Numbered from the stretch's first letter, positions 1-15,391 are shown. The stretch is 64,000 nt of DNA from the human T2T-CHM13v2.0 reference genome, Homo sapiens (GCF_009914755.1 NC_060931.1), one strand, 5' to 3'. Numbers and translations: made by a program. Notes: generated by a model from the sequence alone, not told the origin.

Positions 1-420
1 TATACATGTATCAAAATATTTCACATTATACCCCAGAATTATGTGTCAATTAAAATAAAACTTTAAAAAAGATAGTAAAGTTGGAGAGAGTGTATGGAAA
101 TCAGTATTCTCATAGTGCTGGTGGACGTATAAATTAGAACAACCTCTATTAAGGGGCCATTTAAAATCTAAGAAAAGCTTTAAAAGTTATTTTTATAGAT
201 CAGAAATTTTACTTCTAAATGTTCATTTTAAGGAAATAATATATACAAAATTTAATTACATAAATTATCAACAAATTAAAAAAATAGAGTTCATTACTAT
301 TGCAATAAGAGTGGACTGGACACACAAATTAAGCTAGAGTCATCAAATAAAATGTTATAAATCCATTCTTCTGTTGTGAAAGAATATTTATGACATGAAA
401 ATTCTTTATGATCTATTGTT
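1..420 (+). mobile_element. Old L1M fragments (3' tail plus an L1ME-like segment)
   Basis: tatacatgtatcaaaatatttcacattatacccc...aataaaa is an L1 3'-end motif; ...ctcatagtgctggtggacgtataaattag resembles the L1 ORF2 3' end. Confidence 0.55.
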
Positions 421-673
421 AAACCTAACTAACAATTGGCTACCTCACCGTGAAGCTCAGGAAAAATCAATGGTGACTTATATTTTTCCTCTTTGGCTTA
501 TCTCTTTTTTCCCATTTTTTCATTCCAAAGAACATCTGAGCTTTTTGTTACAAGAAAAAAACTACTTCTAATTTTAAAAAGAAAAAAAGTGAAAAGAAGT
601 ACCCACCTATATGTCAATAATATTTTTTTTTAGTTCAAAGTTGTTCTATTGTGAAACAGGATTTAGCCCAATA

Positions 674-829
674 CAGTGGTTTTCAATGTGTGTCCCCCTC
701 TCCCCAGAATCACCTGGGAAACCTAGCAATTCAGATCTACTCAGTCAGAATCTCTGGTGATGAGACCCAGCGATTTGTCTTTTAACAAGCCCTTCAGATG
801 ATTCTGAGGCCAGAATTTGAGAATCACTG
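674..829. mobile_element. MER5A (hAT-Charlie MITE)
   Basis: TIRs cagtggttttcaa / ttgagaatcactg; internal cagaatcacctgg and ttttaacaagccc motifs. Confidence 0.8.
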
Positions 830-1371
830 GTTCAATAGAATGAATCAGTAGGTGCAGTGAAGAGCTGAGAGAAACTGCCTTTCTTTTGCCCACCAGTTTT
901 TTCCTCTATAAATGAATGATTTAAGCACCCTGAGTGTTTTATTCATTCATTTGTTTCATAAATATGTATTAAGGAGTTTTTAAAATAAATATTTGGTTGA
1001 ATTAAAAATATAGAGTAAATATTACTGGAACCAACTGGATGGCACTCTTACAATTCTAATGATTTGGGAAATTATAGTCATAGGATATAAAAGCTATAAG
1101 GAACCTTGGCTGATCAACGTCAGGCAATAAATGGCATTTAGACCATTCATTTTCTCTCTTAATATTTTTCTATTTGAAATAATAATTCTTCTGAGCTCTG
1201 AATAAAATAACTTATTTTATTGTAGTTTACAGTTTGACTTAGAAGTGTTCACTAGTATAATAAAAGTTAAATGAAAAACATGTTTTATTAAGTTATCTAA
1301 TAGCTAAATGTATATTTTAACATTTTGATTAATGGTTTTTATTTTAAATTTACATTTCTTTTTTTTTTTAG

Positions 1372-1422
1372 CTGGAGTTCCACAAATTAAAAATGAAAAT
1401 AAAGAAATACATTGCAGTGATG
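1372..1422 (+). CDS. CPED1: CPED1 internal coding exon, 51 bp (probably exon 14): (A)GVPQIKNENKEIHCSD
   Basis: Poly-T tract plus AG at 1370-1371; donor TG|GTGAGT at 1422/1423; phase 1-1; splices in frame to the 6159 exon (G+AT = Asp). Confidence 0.88.
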
Positions 1423-2087
1423 GTGAGTTGAGATTAAAGTGTTGTAGCAGCATAATAAACAATTAGGGAACAGCCTTACTTTGAAAAAAAATGCATCATT
1501 TTATTATATGTGGGTATCTTACGCTGATAATTGTTAAAGTAAATTTTAGAAGTTATTAGATTTCCAATGGAGTCAGTATCTATCACTTTTGCATAAGAAC
1601 ATAAAATATTACATTTTTTTTGTTTAAGGACAATGACTTCCAAACCCACTTTGAAGGGCTTTAGGAGTTGTAGGGCATTGCCTTGGAAGCCTTTCAGATG
1701 TAAGAGCTTGGCTTATCAGCTTTATATACTGATCTTTAGGGGTCTCACTACCTGGCAGTGATTTCTTTCTCACCAGATTGTTGCTGTAATGGTTAGTACT
1801 TGAGTAGAATTTTCTTTGTAACAGTTGAGAGTTTTTAAGCCAATTTTCAATTTTTTTAATTCATTTTTTAACCAAGACATAATACGAGAAACGTAAGTAC
1901 TTTTAAGTTTGTATTAACTTTAAAAATGATTTTCTTCATTGTGGTCAGTATTATTATTACGATGGTCTTGCAAATATATCATCTTAGAGAGTCTAATTGA
2001 TTTTTCCAAAGTCACAGGGTTATTAAATGCCTGAGCTGTATCACAAAGCTAGATCTTCAGATTCTCTGTTCAAAGCTCCTGAATTTA

Positions 2088-2256
2088 GGCCGGGCACAGT
2101 GGCATGCACCTATATGCCCAGTGCTTTGGGAGGCCAAGGCAGGGGGATCACTTGAGTCCAGGAGTTTGAGGTTACAGTGTGCTATGGTTGCATCTCTGTA
2201 CTCCAGCCTGAGTGACATAGCAAGACACTGTCTCCAAAAGAAAAGAAAAAGAAAAA
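2088..2256 (+). mobile_element. Free Alu monomer (FRAM/FAM-like)
   Basis: Single ~150-bp arm with an A-rich tail; degenerate TSD aaagctcctgaattt / aaaactcctgagttt. Confidence 0.85.
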
Positions 2257-2502
2257 CTCCTGAGTTTTCTTAATATTCTATAATATAGTGTAGAAAAATT
2301 GAGTTCTATATAGCAAGATTTTTCTTGATAATGTATACCTTAAAATATATATATACGTGTGTGTATGTATATGTATACATATAGCTGTATGTATTTGGTG
2401 CTAAAAATCAACTTAGAAAATTTAGTTTTCCACAAATAAAAAATCAATTTCAGTAAAACAGTAAAGCTGAAAAAAAGTATAGATTTAGATTTAATTTATT
2501 AT

Positions 2503-2844
<342 letters not shown>

Positions 2845-5800
2845 TAATTTTCATCTAAAATGCAATTTAATTCATTCATGATGTTTTATCACTATTGTTA
2901 AGGTCATGGTAGGCTGAGAGGTTATAATAATATAGTTTAATAGAATTAACGTATATAGCCAATTAAAGAAAATGGCATTTTAAATAAAGTATTGCTAATA
3001 GAGAACAAAGATAGCAAGTATTACTTATGCCATTCCTTCCCTGCACTCACCATCCAATCTCCTACCCCCAGAAAAATACATGCTACTCCATTCTCCTGGA
3101 AAACTGTTGTCTAGAGTATGGTGGGAAAAGGACTAGTGAGAAAACTAGGAGCAAAATTAGAGTGAACACTTGTTGAGGGTCCACTCTGTGCCAGGCCCAA
3201 GGCAAGATGCAACATCCAGAAAGCAACTTCGCCTCTTTGGGCTTCTATTTTCTCATTTGTAAAATGAAAGGATTGCATTGGATGATCTTACTTTTTTTTC
3301 CAGTTCCCATGTAATATGGTGTAGATGATGTGAATATGTTAGATAGGCACTTTAACTTCGTTCATGTTTTTATGCTGATAAAAATTAGTCCTGCCTGGAT
3401 CTTTAGTAATTAATCTTCCTGCTTTTATGGTATAAAATAAGATTTAAAAATAATGTAAGGATGCCTCAGAACAGGTGGGATTATCTTTAAGAGTCTAGGC
3501 TCTTCTCATGTTCAATATGAGTTATGATTATTCCTCAAGAGAGCAATCAAATTCTGCAGTTAAAAGAAATCCATTAAAAGCGACCAAAACTTCAAACAGC
3601 TTTCCCATATATACTTGCCAAATAGGTTAAGCAGCCTGCTACCACCGTACCTCGTGCTGGGTTCTCCGTAGATCTCAGGTAAGCTGGCCTGAGACAAGTT
3701 GAGACTGGGATGGGAAAGATGCCAAGCAAACACCAGGTGTTTTTGGCGGCAACACTGATACTTCAGTGGAAGATGATGTCAGAACTAAATCAGCTTTCAG
3801 ACAGGGGTTTAGGAGATAGTGCTCACACCAGAGATGGAGACTTTCTGATGAAACCAAAAGTAAGCACTTGCTGAAGAGAACGATTGCACATTTATTTCCT
3901 GTCATCTAGGGCTGTTTCAGTTTCTAAGGAGGGCAGACCCCATTGAAAACCGTGACTATTAAGTGAAAGTATAAACTGCAGGGAAATTAACTCTCAGAGA
4001 ATCTTTATAAAAATATATTCTATCAAGTTAAAGCACATCTTCTATGTTTTATTTTGAAAAAAGATCTTCCTCTTTGTTATTCACTTTGCTAATTCTGAGC
4101 AGAAAAGTGCGACTGTTTCTATTCCCTTTGTGCCTGGGTAATGGTCATTTCCAAAGCACAGCCCATAACTCAACTCCAGCTTGTTTAATGTTATATTGGG
4201 TTTGCAGCCATTTGAATCAAACCTCATGATTAATAATATCCTGTTTTTATTGTGCTTATCTCGGGGTCTTTAACGGAGAAATTTCTGGAGAAAAAACTTT
4301 GATGAAAAAAGAATGTAGTATTAATAAGTGGTTGAATTTGAATTAAAAACTGTGGTCCTTTACAGAATGACTTCTAATAAAAACAATTTCTGCCTTCATT
4401 CTTTTTTCTTTTTTATTATAAGAAAATTTCAGGGGCTGTTAGGATCGTTGAAATTATAGATGCAGTCCACCTACATCTATCAGCCAGATACTATCTTTCA
4501 TTGACCATTAGGTCAAATTACAAGTAAAATTAATGAAGCAGAGAGTTTACCCAATTCAGTGAGTTATTCAACCAACATTACTAGTAGTTTATTTTTTATT
4601 AAGATTTTTTATGAAATAAAATTACAGTATATCTATTGTATTATTATTGTTCATAATTTATACCTGAATTTGTTTTTCTTCCATAGCCTGAGAAAACTAT
4701 AGAGTATAGGTCAGAAATATATAGGGTTTTTTTTTTCATTTTAATTGTATTAGTCCATAATGGGAGCTATACAGAGACCTAGTCCCCAGAACTAGAATGA
4801 TGCATCCATATGGGTTGGTGGTACCCATCGTCATGGATTTGGTGGTGCACCTCCACGTCCATCAAAGAAAAATAAAAATTTTGGTCTTGTTGAAGCACAA
4901 AGACTGGGCAAAATGGGCAATGCAGCTGGAGAGCAAGACAAGGAAGGGATTGTGAAATGCCTTGTTTGCCTTATTGGGAGCTTGGACTTGACTCTGGAAA
5001 TGATGAGAAACCACTAAAGAATGGAAGACAAATCAACAGATTTGATTTTAGGAAAATCAATATTATAGCTACGTAAAAGCAGGGGAAAAAACAACAGTTA
5101 CTAAAATAATCTCCTTTCTCTAAGTTCAGTTTTATAGCTTTCTGTAGCAAATTCTGTGTTATCTTTTTTGTTGCCATGTTGTTAAATGTCACTGAACATT
5201 TTATGTAAGGCAACACCAAGATACTTCAATTTTACTGATTTTTATAGAATTTTGTATGTTTATCTTTGTTAGCATTTTGTTGACAATTGGAAAGTATTGA
5301 TGGAATGAAATACTCCTTGACATTTCTTTGAAAAACACTTTGTTAAGCTTTTGGGTAATTTGTTTATTCTAAACATTAACATTGAATATAACTTAACAGT
5401 AGCTGGTGTATGTGCCTATAAAACAATTTTTTCTTTCTTTCTCACTGAAATAAAGCTGTAAATAATTGGGCTAACAAAGAGAAAGGTTTTTTTAATGCCT
5501 CAGAATCAATGATATGAAGTAATATTCTAGATTCTATGACAGGATGGAGCAGAGGATAGTATGTCCTTCTTATACTTTATGGTACTTTCCCAAGTAAGGT
5601 GGCCTGAGCATGGAGCAGTTTCAGGATGCCTTTGTTTTTGTGTCTGTTTGGTATAATGCTGGAGTTTGCAGTCTTTGCCCCACACTGCCTATAAGATACT
5701 ATATCAATCAAGTGGTATTTCAATGACACTCCACATTAAGAAATTTTCCTCATTCCTTGCGGGTCCTCTTCTGCCACCATCCCACAGAGCCATCACTCCC

Positions 5801-5986
5801 ACTTACATAGTTGCTTGATATATGCAGTAAATATCATGAAAATGTTATCAATCCACAGGAGAGACATTTTCCCGCCTTGTGTGCCTTTAAACTTTCAAGG
5901 GCTGAGCAGAAAATACCATCTATATAACGCCGACTAAAGTCAACAGCTGTTATATGAAGCAAATTCTACCAAATCTGATGAATTGA

Positions 5987-6391
<405 letters not shown>

Positions 6392-6899
6392 TAGACATTT
6401 GATGCAAACTTTGAAAGTGGTTCAGAAAAGCTGATTCATAAGATCAGTTGAAAGATTGCCAGGATGTGAACTTTCCCCTTCTCATTTTTTTTAAAAAAGA
6501 TTTGTAACCTTTGCAGCTCATCTTTGTAACAATATTTTAACAAGAAAGGATCTTGTTATATGAAATATAGAGAAGATCCATTAAGGAAAAATTTTACTTA
6601 TTGTTGTCTTCATGTTTTAACATTCTCAAAGATGTCAAGTTTTTGAATATTCAAAAATTGATTGCTTAAACCAATTGGTGCACAATTTGTGGACACAGTA
6701 CCCCTAACTTTTCTAACCTCACTGGCTTTTTTTCCTATTGATTCTTTTAAAAGTCAGCAACTCTTTTGTTCATAATTTTAAAAAGAAGATAGAACCTTAT
6801 TCTGTGCTGTGTCCATAGCAAAGAAGATACTCATGGTTCCATGCTGTAGGGAAGGAAATGTACTTGGAACCCTCGGGAGCCACGTCTAGTAGAAAGAAA

Positions 6900-7070
6900 A
6901 GATTCAAGTCAGGACAACCCGGGTTCCAAACCCTGACTCTTCTATGTGACTTTGAATGATGTGTTTACCAGTTCTAGGTCATGGTCTTTATATTTAAAAT
7001 GGGGACAATCCTATTGTATTAAATGAGATAATGTGTGACCCTGGCAGGTGGTTAATAAATATTAGTTTCC
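6900..7070 (+). mobile_element. MIR fragment
   Basis: gggttccaaaccctgactc...tgtgactttg...aaaatggggacaat core. Confidence 0.55.
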
Positions 7071-7254
7071 TTTGCTTTAATTGTGGAAGATATAACTTGC
7101 CCTAAAAGAACACTCTTGGCATAGTAAAGTACTGTGAAAGAGATATTTATTTATTTTCATATTTTAGGTTTCTTATGAAATTGTACAGACCTTTCCTGTT
7201 ATTTATTCAAATAGGTATTTAGTAAATATTGATATATGAATCAGTTTGGGCTGA

Positions 7255-7521
<267 letters not shown>

Positions 7522-9029
7522 TAACCCAGGCGGAAAATGCCAAATGAAAATTATTACAAGAAATTGTATGCCTTGAAATCGAAACTGTGGTCTCATTTCA
7601 AAAAAGTGAGAATCCCAGCCAGGTATCTAAGTCACCTCGTTGTGAGTGATTTTCTTTTTAGTGTGATGGCTACTGTCTGTGCTCATTGTTTTCAGTGGAC
7701 TTATTGTGGTTAATGTTCAAAAAAAATGTCTGAGGACTCACACTTAGTTGTGAAATCGGTTTCACATTTTCCTTTTAAATTGGGCTATTTTTCTTGGATT
7801 TGTCCCTGGATCTACTTTTGAAATGTTAAACTAGATTTAGTAGAATTTACTTTGAAGAATAAGAGGAAAATTTATGAAGCTATTTTACAAGACGGATACT
7901 GGATAAATGAAACTAAGTTTGCTTGGGATAGTTAAATTTCTCATTCACTTCTCATACAGTAATCATTTTGCAAGGCTGTAGTTTCTCTTGTGAGCAACAC
8001 ATACCATTTTGTAACCTTGTTCATTTTGGAGAAGGATGAATGTTACCCTAACACTTTTGTTCTACGGTTTTTCCCTATTTTTGCTCTTTTAAGGATCCCA
8101 TGTATAACTTTGTACAGTTCCTCATATCATATACCCCTTGCTACAGGTGATTCCAGGGAAGTAGTAATTGGTATTTTTATCACATATCTATTAATTCACT
8201 CAGAAAGTATACTTGCAAATATATCATGTCACATTATATGTTACTGGGAGCTTTGAAGAATAGCTGGTTAGTAAAAGAGAGGTATTGCTGACTGGGCCTT
8301 GATAGGTAGCATGGTTACCATGTTTTTTATAAATGTAACAGCCAGGCACAGTAATCACCCCGCCACTGTCTTATCTGTTTCCAAGAGCTTTAAAAATCTC
8401 AGGGATTGGTATAATTTTTATTTTTTGAGGAAAACATATCACTAATTTAGGAATTACCACTAAATCAAATGGAATTTCACATTGGTCTGAAGATTCATTC
8501 AAAGAAAGACAAATATGTTATTCTCAAAGATATTAATAAGCACACTTAAAAAAGAGTAGAATACAGTTCCATGGTCAAATAAACCCATTGGTTGATGAAG
8601 CAATAAGCTAAACAAAGTTAAGTAGATGTCTTTACTATAGGACTTCCCTGAACCTCTAATATAGTAATTTAAATGGTGGTTCATTTATAGTACGGAAAAT
8701 ATGTAGTGTGTTTCATTTCCAAACTTATTTGATATGGTTTTAATAGAATAGCTATTGATATTTTTGTGGGACAGATTTGAGGAAACACTGGTCTACACTA
8801 TGGAGAAGACTTTAAAATATGTTCCTCTCAGGTTTTGACCTTTCAATTTGCTTTATTTGGATTGCTGTCTCAACTTGCTTCTGAATTGAAGAACAAATAA
8901 TATAGCCACACCAAAAATGTTTAAAAAAATAAACAAAAACTTAGAGGGAGGTGTGCTTTTGTATATTTGTGTATATTTGTGTGTATAATTATTTCTAAAC
9001 TAAATATTCTTACCCTTTTTGGTGGAGCA

Positions 9030-10450
9030 TTTTTTTCATACATTGCTGGGAGAAGTGTGAAATGTTTGACCACTTTGGAGAACTTTGGCAGTATCCACTA
9101 AAGCTAAATATGTATAGATGATTCAGCAGTCCTTCTAGCTATACACCTAAGATAAATGAAGTCATATGCCCATAAAAAGACACACATACACAAAATCTTC
9201 GTATTGGTTTTATTCATAGTAGCTAAAAGTTGAAAAAAATTCAGTAAGAAAGGAAACAAATCCAATATTATAGTATTGGGGCATTAAAAATAAATGAAGT
9301 ATGGATACACACAAATATGAAACAATCTTCAAAACCTTACATTCATAAAAACAAGCCAGACATCAATAATGAATGCTAGCAAGGATGTGGAGAAAAGAGA
9401 ACCCTTGTACTCTGTTTGTGGGAAAGTAAACTAGTACAGCCACTGTGGAGAACAGTATCGAGGTTTCTCAAAAAACTAAAAATACAACTACTGTGTAATC
9501 CAGCAATCCCACTGCTGAGTATATTTCTGAAATAAAGGAAATCAGTATATTGAAAAGCTATCTGCATTCCCATGTTTGTTGCAGCATTATTCACAATAGC
9601 CAAGATATGGAATCAACCTAAGTGTCCATCAATGGATGAATGGATAAAGAAAATGTGGTACATATATACAATGGTGTATTACTCAGCCATAAAAATGATA
9701 TCCTGCCATTTGCAACAGCATGGATGGAACTGGAAGATATTAAGTGAAATAAGTCAGGAACAAAAAGACAAATATCACATGTTCTCAGTCATATGTGGGA
9801 GCCAAAGACAAGTGGATATCATGGAGATAAAGAGTAGAATGCTGGTTAACCATAGTCTGAGTAGGGCAGTGGAGAGGCTGGGATGAAGAGTGGTTGTTAA
9901 TGGGCACAAAAACACCAATAGAAGGAATAAGGTCTAATGTTCAATAGTATAACAGGGCAACTGTAGTTAGCAGTAATTCATGGCATATTTCAAAACAACT
10001 AGAAGAGTGGAATTGGAATGTTCCTAACACAAAGAAATGACACATACTTGAGGTGTGATAGATATCCCAATTACCCTGATTTGATCATTACACATTGTAT
10101 ACTTATATCAAAATATCACATGTATCCCATAAATATATACAACTGTTATGTATCCACAACAATTAAAAACAAAAAAAATTAAAAGAAGCCAGATATATAA
10201 AGAAATACTGTATTTCACTTATATGAAGTTCAAGAATAAGCAAAACTAATCTATGTTTATAGAAGTCAGAATAGCAGTTACTAGAAGGTGTAGGTACAAC
10301 TAAGCATGAGGGAATTTTTTGGGCAAATGTCCTATATCTTAATCTGGGTGCTGGTTACATATATAACTAGGTGCTATATAGATAGATACAAATTTAATTA
10401 ACTGTGCATTTAAGATTTTTGCAATCTACTGTTTAAAATTATACAATATA
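9030..10450 (+). mobile_element. Old L1M (L1MC/ME-like) 3' region interrupted by a younger L1MA
   Basis: L1 3'-end motifs at 9030-9360 resume at 10185 (aagccagatat...ttatatgaagttcaagaataagcaaaactaatctat). Confidence 0.65.
9364..10183 (+). mobile_element. L1MA 3' end (5'-truncated)
   Basis: ORF2 C-terminal remnant ([20 protein letters not shown]), L1MA-type 3'UTR and A tail; degenerate TSD aagccagacat / aagccagatat. Confidence 0.9.
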
Positions 10451-11379
10451 TCAACTATACATGTGTATTTGTGTATATATATATATAAATTATGTATACT
10501 GCATATAAATTATACCTCAATAAATTAGGAAAAAAGATTGGTGGGAAAGTTATATATTCCTTTCTTCCATGACACGTTTCTCCAATGTTGTATTGATCAG
10601 AAACAAGTTAATTATCATGCCATTACCTTAAAGAATAGATTACGTCAGGAAAATGTTACTGTAATATCAAGAAAAGTATTAGAAAATTCTTGTGGGATGC
10701 ATCCTACAGATAATTGCAGAAAAGTATGTTGGTAATTTATAAGAATCCTTTCCACAAGGTCTTAATTTACAGTTTATGTGTGGTCCCACAGTAAGTATTA
10801 TATTTTATAACATGGAAAATTATCTGATAAGCACTAGTACTTTTTAGAAAGTGTCAAATGAGTGAACACAAAAATGTGGCGTGAATAATGTGGACTGCTT
10901 TAGATACTTTACTAGGCACAAGTGGCTTCATGAGCTGGGGGAAGTCAACAGCAGGGGTAAAATTTTCTCACCATAGATTCCACTTAAAATTCTAACCCAT
11001 AGACTTTTCTATTATTTCTCTTTTATATTTAATCTCATTAGTGTCTTTAGGTTTCAAATTAATAGCTAAGCAGATATACATCATGAGATTTACAAATTTT
11101 TACTTTTCCAAGCTGTTCTTTTTTTTTTTCCTTTCTGTCAACAACCACAGTGTCCTCACTATATTTGTAGGGCTGAAATCTAGAGTCAAACTGTTGCAGA
11201 TTAAATGGCAAGCTGTTACATTTAAATCCCCAAAGCCTATGCAGGCAAATCTAAAGGAAAATGAACTAAACTTTTATTATATTTTATTTATAGGTCAAAG
11301 GGAAAAATTATAATTTCTCCCTACATTTCAAATTAGATTTTGGCCTAATGAACCCCATTATTAAATTTTAAATAAACAT

Positions 11380-11767
11380 TGTCTTAACATATTTGTGCTG
11401 CTCTAACAAAATACTTGAGACTAGGTAGTTTATAAAGAACAGAAATGTATTTCCTTTAGTTGTGGAGGCTGGGAAGTCCAAAATCAAAGCACCGGCCTTT
11501 GGTGTCTGGTGAGGTTCTTCGTGCTGCATCCTCACATGGTGGAAGCGGGAAATGAGCAAAAAGGGAAAATTCTATGTCCTCACATGGGGAAAGACGCAAA
11601 GGGCAGCAAAAGGGTCTAAAGTAGTTACCTCCAGCACTTTTATAAGGCACTCATCCATTTATGAGAGTGGAACTCTCATGATTTAATCACATCCTAAAAA
11701 TCTTAATACCATCACAATGGGGATTAAGTTTCAACACATGAATTTTGGGGACATTCAAACTACAGCA
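11380..11767 (-). mobile_element. MaLR solo LTR (MLT1A/MSTD-like)
   Basis: TG...CA ends; tgctgctctaacaaaatacttgagactaggtagtttataaagaacagaaat and aagtttcaacacatgaattttgggg motifs; TSD aacat/aactt. Confidence 0.85.
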
Positions 11768-12217
11768 AACTTAAAAGGCCATCCACTTCCAAATAACCAA
11801 AGAAGAAGAAACCAATTTAAGATTAATCAAGCCTCCTAATTTCTCCTTCCCCTATTCTCTTACCTTCTGAGCATCAACTCTGCATGTTACCATTTTGCCA
11901 AAAGACTAGCATGGCAGAGTAAGCAAAGATAAAGCATACCAGTCAATTAAAAAATCAATTACAATAACATTTTGATAAATAGTAAGATAATTTGATTAAT
12001 TTATTAATAGACATTTTATCAAACATTATTAAGTACCAACTTAGCCATAATGAACTATTTGAGTTTATTTAATGCCTGTATTTTAGTTATTTTTATGCTA
12101 ACTAGAATTTGTATATAATTGTCCCAGAGACGGCTCTGAATTTAATTAGCTCTTAGTTTAGTTAATTACCAGTGAAGGAGAAAGAGTTAATTTACATAAC
12201 ATATAACCAGATTGGGA

Positions 12218-12438
12218 TTAGAGTTTCTCAATCTCGGCACTGTTGACATTTGAAGCTGGATATTTCTTTGTTCCAGGGAAGTTATTCTCTTTATTGTTGG
12301 ATGTTTAGCAGCACTCTTGGCCTCTATCCACTAGATTCCTATAGCAACCCCCTCCCCAAGATGTGTCAACCAAAACTGTCTTCAGACATTGCCAAATGTC
12401 TGTTGAGGGACAAAGTCAACCCTGATTGAGAACCACTG
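12218..12438. mobile_element. MER20 (hAT-Charlie)
   Basis: tttctcaatctcggcactgttgacattt...cagacattgccaaatgtc...ttgagaaccactg. Confidence 0.85.
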
Positions 12439-13669
12439 GTTTAGACAAATGGGTTTCTGTATTTCTACTGTCCTATGTGTTTACTAGGAGTGTGAATAAT
12501 TTATGGGTAATCCTTCTGTGTTGTATGTTGGAGAATCATTCTTATCTTTCATCTTTGTATTTTAAATCATTTCTGTAGACAGTGATACTATTCTGACAGC
12601 TCTTTATTCTATTCATTAATCTGCCTTCTTTTCTGCCCAATGTAATTATTACAATCAGAAGCATGCATTCAATTACAGAAAAGATCATTAATGAAACATA
12701 AAACATTATATAATATAATGAGTCTGTTATTTCATTTTGATTTACCCATAAACAGTATAATGTTTTGCTGTTAGGAAGAAAGATTTAGAAAGTAATAAAC
12801 TGTTATTGTGGCTAGAATATGTAGTGTTTAGGAATTAATAAAATATACTTATAAGAAAATTGCTATACACATAGGGGAATGTTTCTTTTAATACCCCTTT
12901 CCATATCAAAAAGTTTTGACATGGGGAACAATATAATATTCACACAAGTTGATTTGTATAGATGATCTATGGTATCATATACATTTTGCCCTCAAAATGT
13001 TGCACCAGAATAGGGTCATAAATAAAAGCTACAGGAAGGTTATATATAGGAGAAGCTTGGAGACTATGTTTCACAGATCTGTTTGAAACAGCTTGCATTT
13101 TAAAACAGATAATACTAAGGAAGGGGAAAATAGGATTTAAAAAATTCTCCAGCATTTAGCTACACATTTGAAACTGGCATTTGATGACTTATTTTTAAAA
13201 AATCAATTAGCCATCTAGATTCTGAGATATTAAATGATGTGTGAATGACTTCAGTTATGATATTTTGAAATGGTTTAGAACTCTCTCATTTATTTTTTTG
13301 TACCCTTCCAACACCATAGAGGGCTATTATAAAATAGCTCAAGTGATAGTTATCTAATAGCAAATATCCATAATGAGAATAGGGAGTGCATTTATCAGTA
13401 ATTATTTAATAAAAACCTATTAGTTTTCAAAGTTGTACTGTCAATTAAATACCTATTTTAATGGTTATTAGTTACCTTGCCTACTTCAATTTACCAGAGG
13501 AATATGATTTAATTTTTCAACAATACAATATGTGCTATAGTGAAGTGCTCTCAACTAGTAACATTTGTTAAGTACCCACTATGCACTTTGTTCTGAGAAA
13601 TATGCTATGTGCTATAGGGGAATAGCAATAGCAGCAAAGCAGCAGCCGAGGTAATAGGTGTAGTAGCAA

Positions 13670-13900
13670 TGAAGCATTTGTAGAACTTTTGTTATGTGCC
13701 AGGCATTATGTTAGGCACTTTACCTTCTTGCCTTATTTAATCTTTACCCCAACCTTGAACATAGGTGATTTTTTAATCCTCCTCTTATTTTTTAACATAT
13801 GGAGAAACTAAGGCTCTAGAAAGGTTAGAAATCTTGTCAACCCTTTCTATGAAATAGATCATTAGTAAAGGTGGGGTTTGAATATAAGTCTTGCTGACTT
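13670..13900 (-). mobile_element. MIR
   Basis: tatgtgccaggcattatgttaggcacttt...ggagaaactaaggctctagaaaggttag. Confidence 0.7.
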
Positions 13901-15391
13901 CAAATTGAGGAAGAAAGACAACAACTAAAGAAATAGGAGCAAATAATACTGAAGATGCCAGACAGGAAGAACTTGTTGGGAATTGGGGAAGAGAGATGAG
14001 AAGAATTGATTGGGAGTTAGAAATGAGATTGAGTGAACTGGGCTGCCCCATAGATTGTATTCCTGACATGTGTGGGTCCTAGTCACTTTTCCCTTTGTGG
14101 ACCCTTTGTTCCAACAAATAAATAAATATTACATTTTACAATAGTGTTGATATAAAGACAAATGTATTTATATTACAGATATAGACTGTCTTCTCCGACT
14201 GAAAAGTTTGTTTTCTTTCTGCTTTGAAAGAAAATAAAAATTTGGGGGCCCCTAAAATATCACATGCTGTATGCACTGTGGCTGCTGTGCCTAACAGAGT
14301 AGTTGGTTCTACTCTTCTGTTTCACGGTAAGAGATCTTTAGCAGTGGCACCTACTTCAATATCAAATGACCTGGGCTGTCGGCGTTCTTTCAAGTCTTGT
14401 TAAGTGCCCCTGATTTAAATGCATAACCTTTGCAGGTATTTCAGATTCTTTGTCCATGGACTGAGGCATCCTTTACCAGTGAGCCGTCCTTTACCATCAT
14501 TTACCAAGAGCCCACAAAGCACCTAGGGAAGTGAAATGTTATTTTCCTGAGCAGCAGGTGCACGGAGACATTTTGAATGCATAGACCTCCCCAGTGGCCA
14601 GGAAGCATTTGCACACATCCAAGGCTTGGGAGGTTTTGTTTAACATTCAGTTTTCTTATAAAGCAAGCAAAGATCAGAGTGGCATGTTCTTTCAATCATG
14701 ATCTGTTTCAGCACTTATATAAATTATCTTTTGTGTTGATGAAAAAGAGTCATGTTGAACACTCACCTCATGAGGTCATGCCACTTACGATCAGATAGAT
14801 TACCATTTACATAAAAACTTTTGCTCCACACATTTGTTTTGCATGTTTCTCCAACTCACATCTGCTTCCTCTGCTAGAAGAAGCAAACTTTTGCTACCCA
14901 GCAGAGCAGCAGAGCCAACACAATGTGCAGGAGAATTGGGTCTTCCTAGCTTCTGACAGCATCCAGAGAAGTTTCTGTAAGTACTGTCTCTGCAGTATTC
15001 CCTCATTGTTGCTTCAAGTTTATGTTTTGACATTCTAAGAATTTGTCTTCTGATTTCTGAACTGGACACAGAAATAGAAAGGAACCCTGAGAGGTTTTTT
15101 TCCTAAAATATTCTGCTTGAGTAGCTGGATTTCCAATGTGACATTTGAAACTTTGAAACAGGTTGTAGCTAAAACAGAAGTAGAGGGAACCTCTTTTTGA
15201 TTAATGCCAGTCCCTGATGCCCACATCTTTATGGGCTTTAATTGCTCCAAAATTTTATCTTTTATCTATCTTTCTTCACTTCCTTCCCCATTTCTCAAGC
15301 CAAACTAACTCAAGCAAAGGTATATACCAGCATAGTGAGGATGGTGGTGAAAGAAGAGATCTTAGATACGAAGTATTTTGTTTTCATGATT

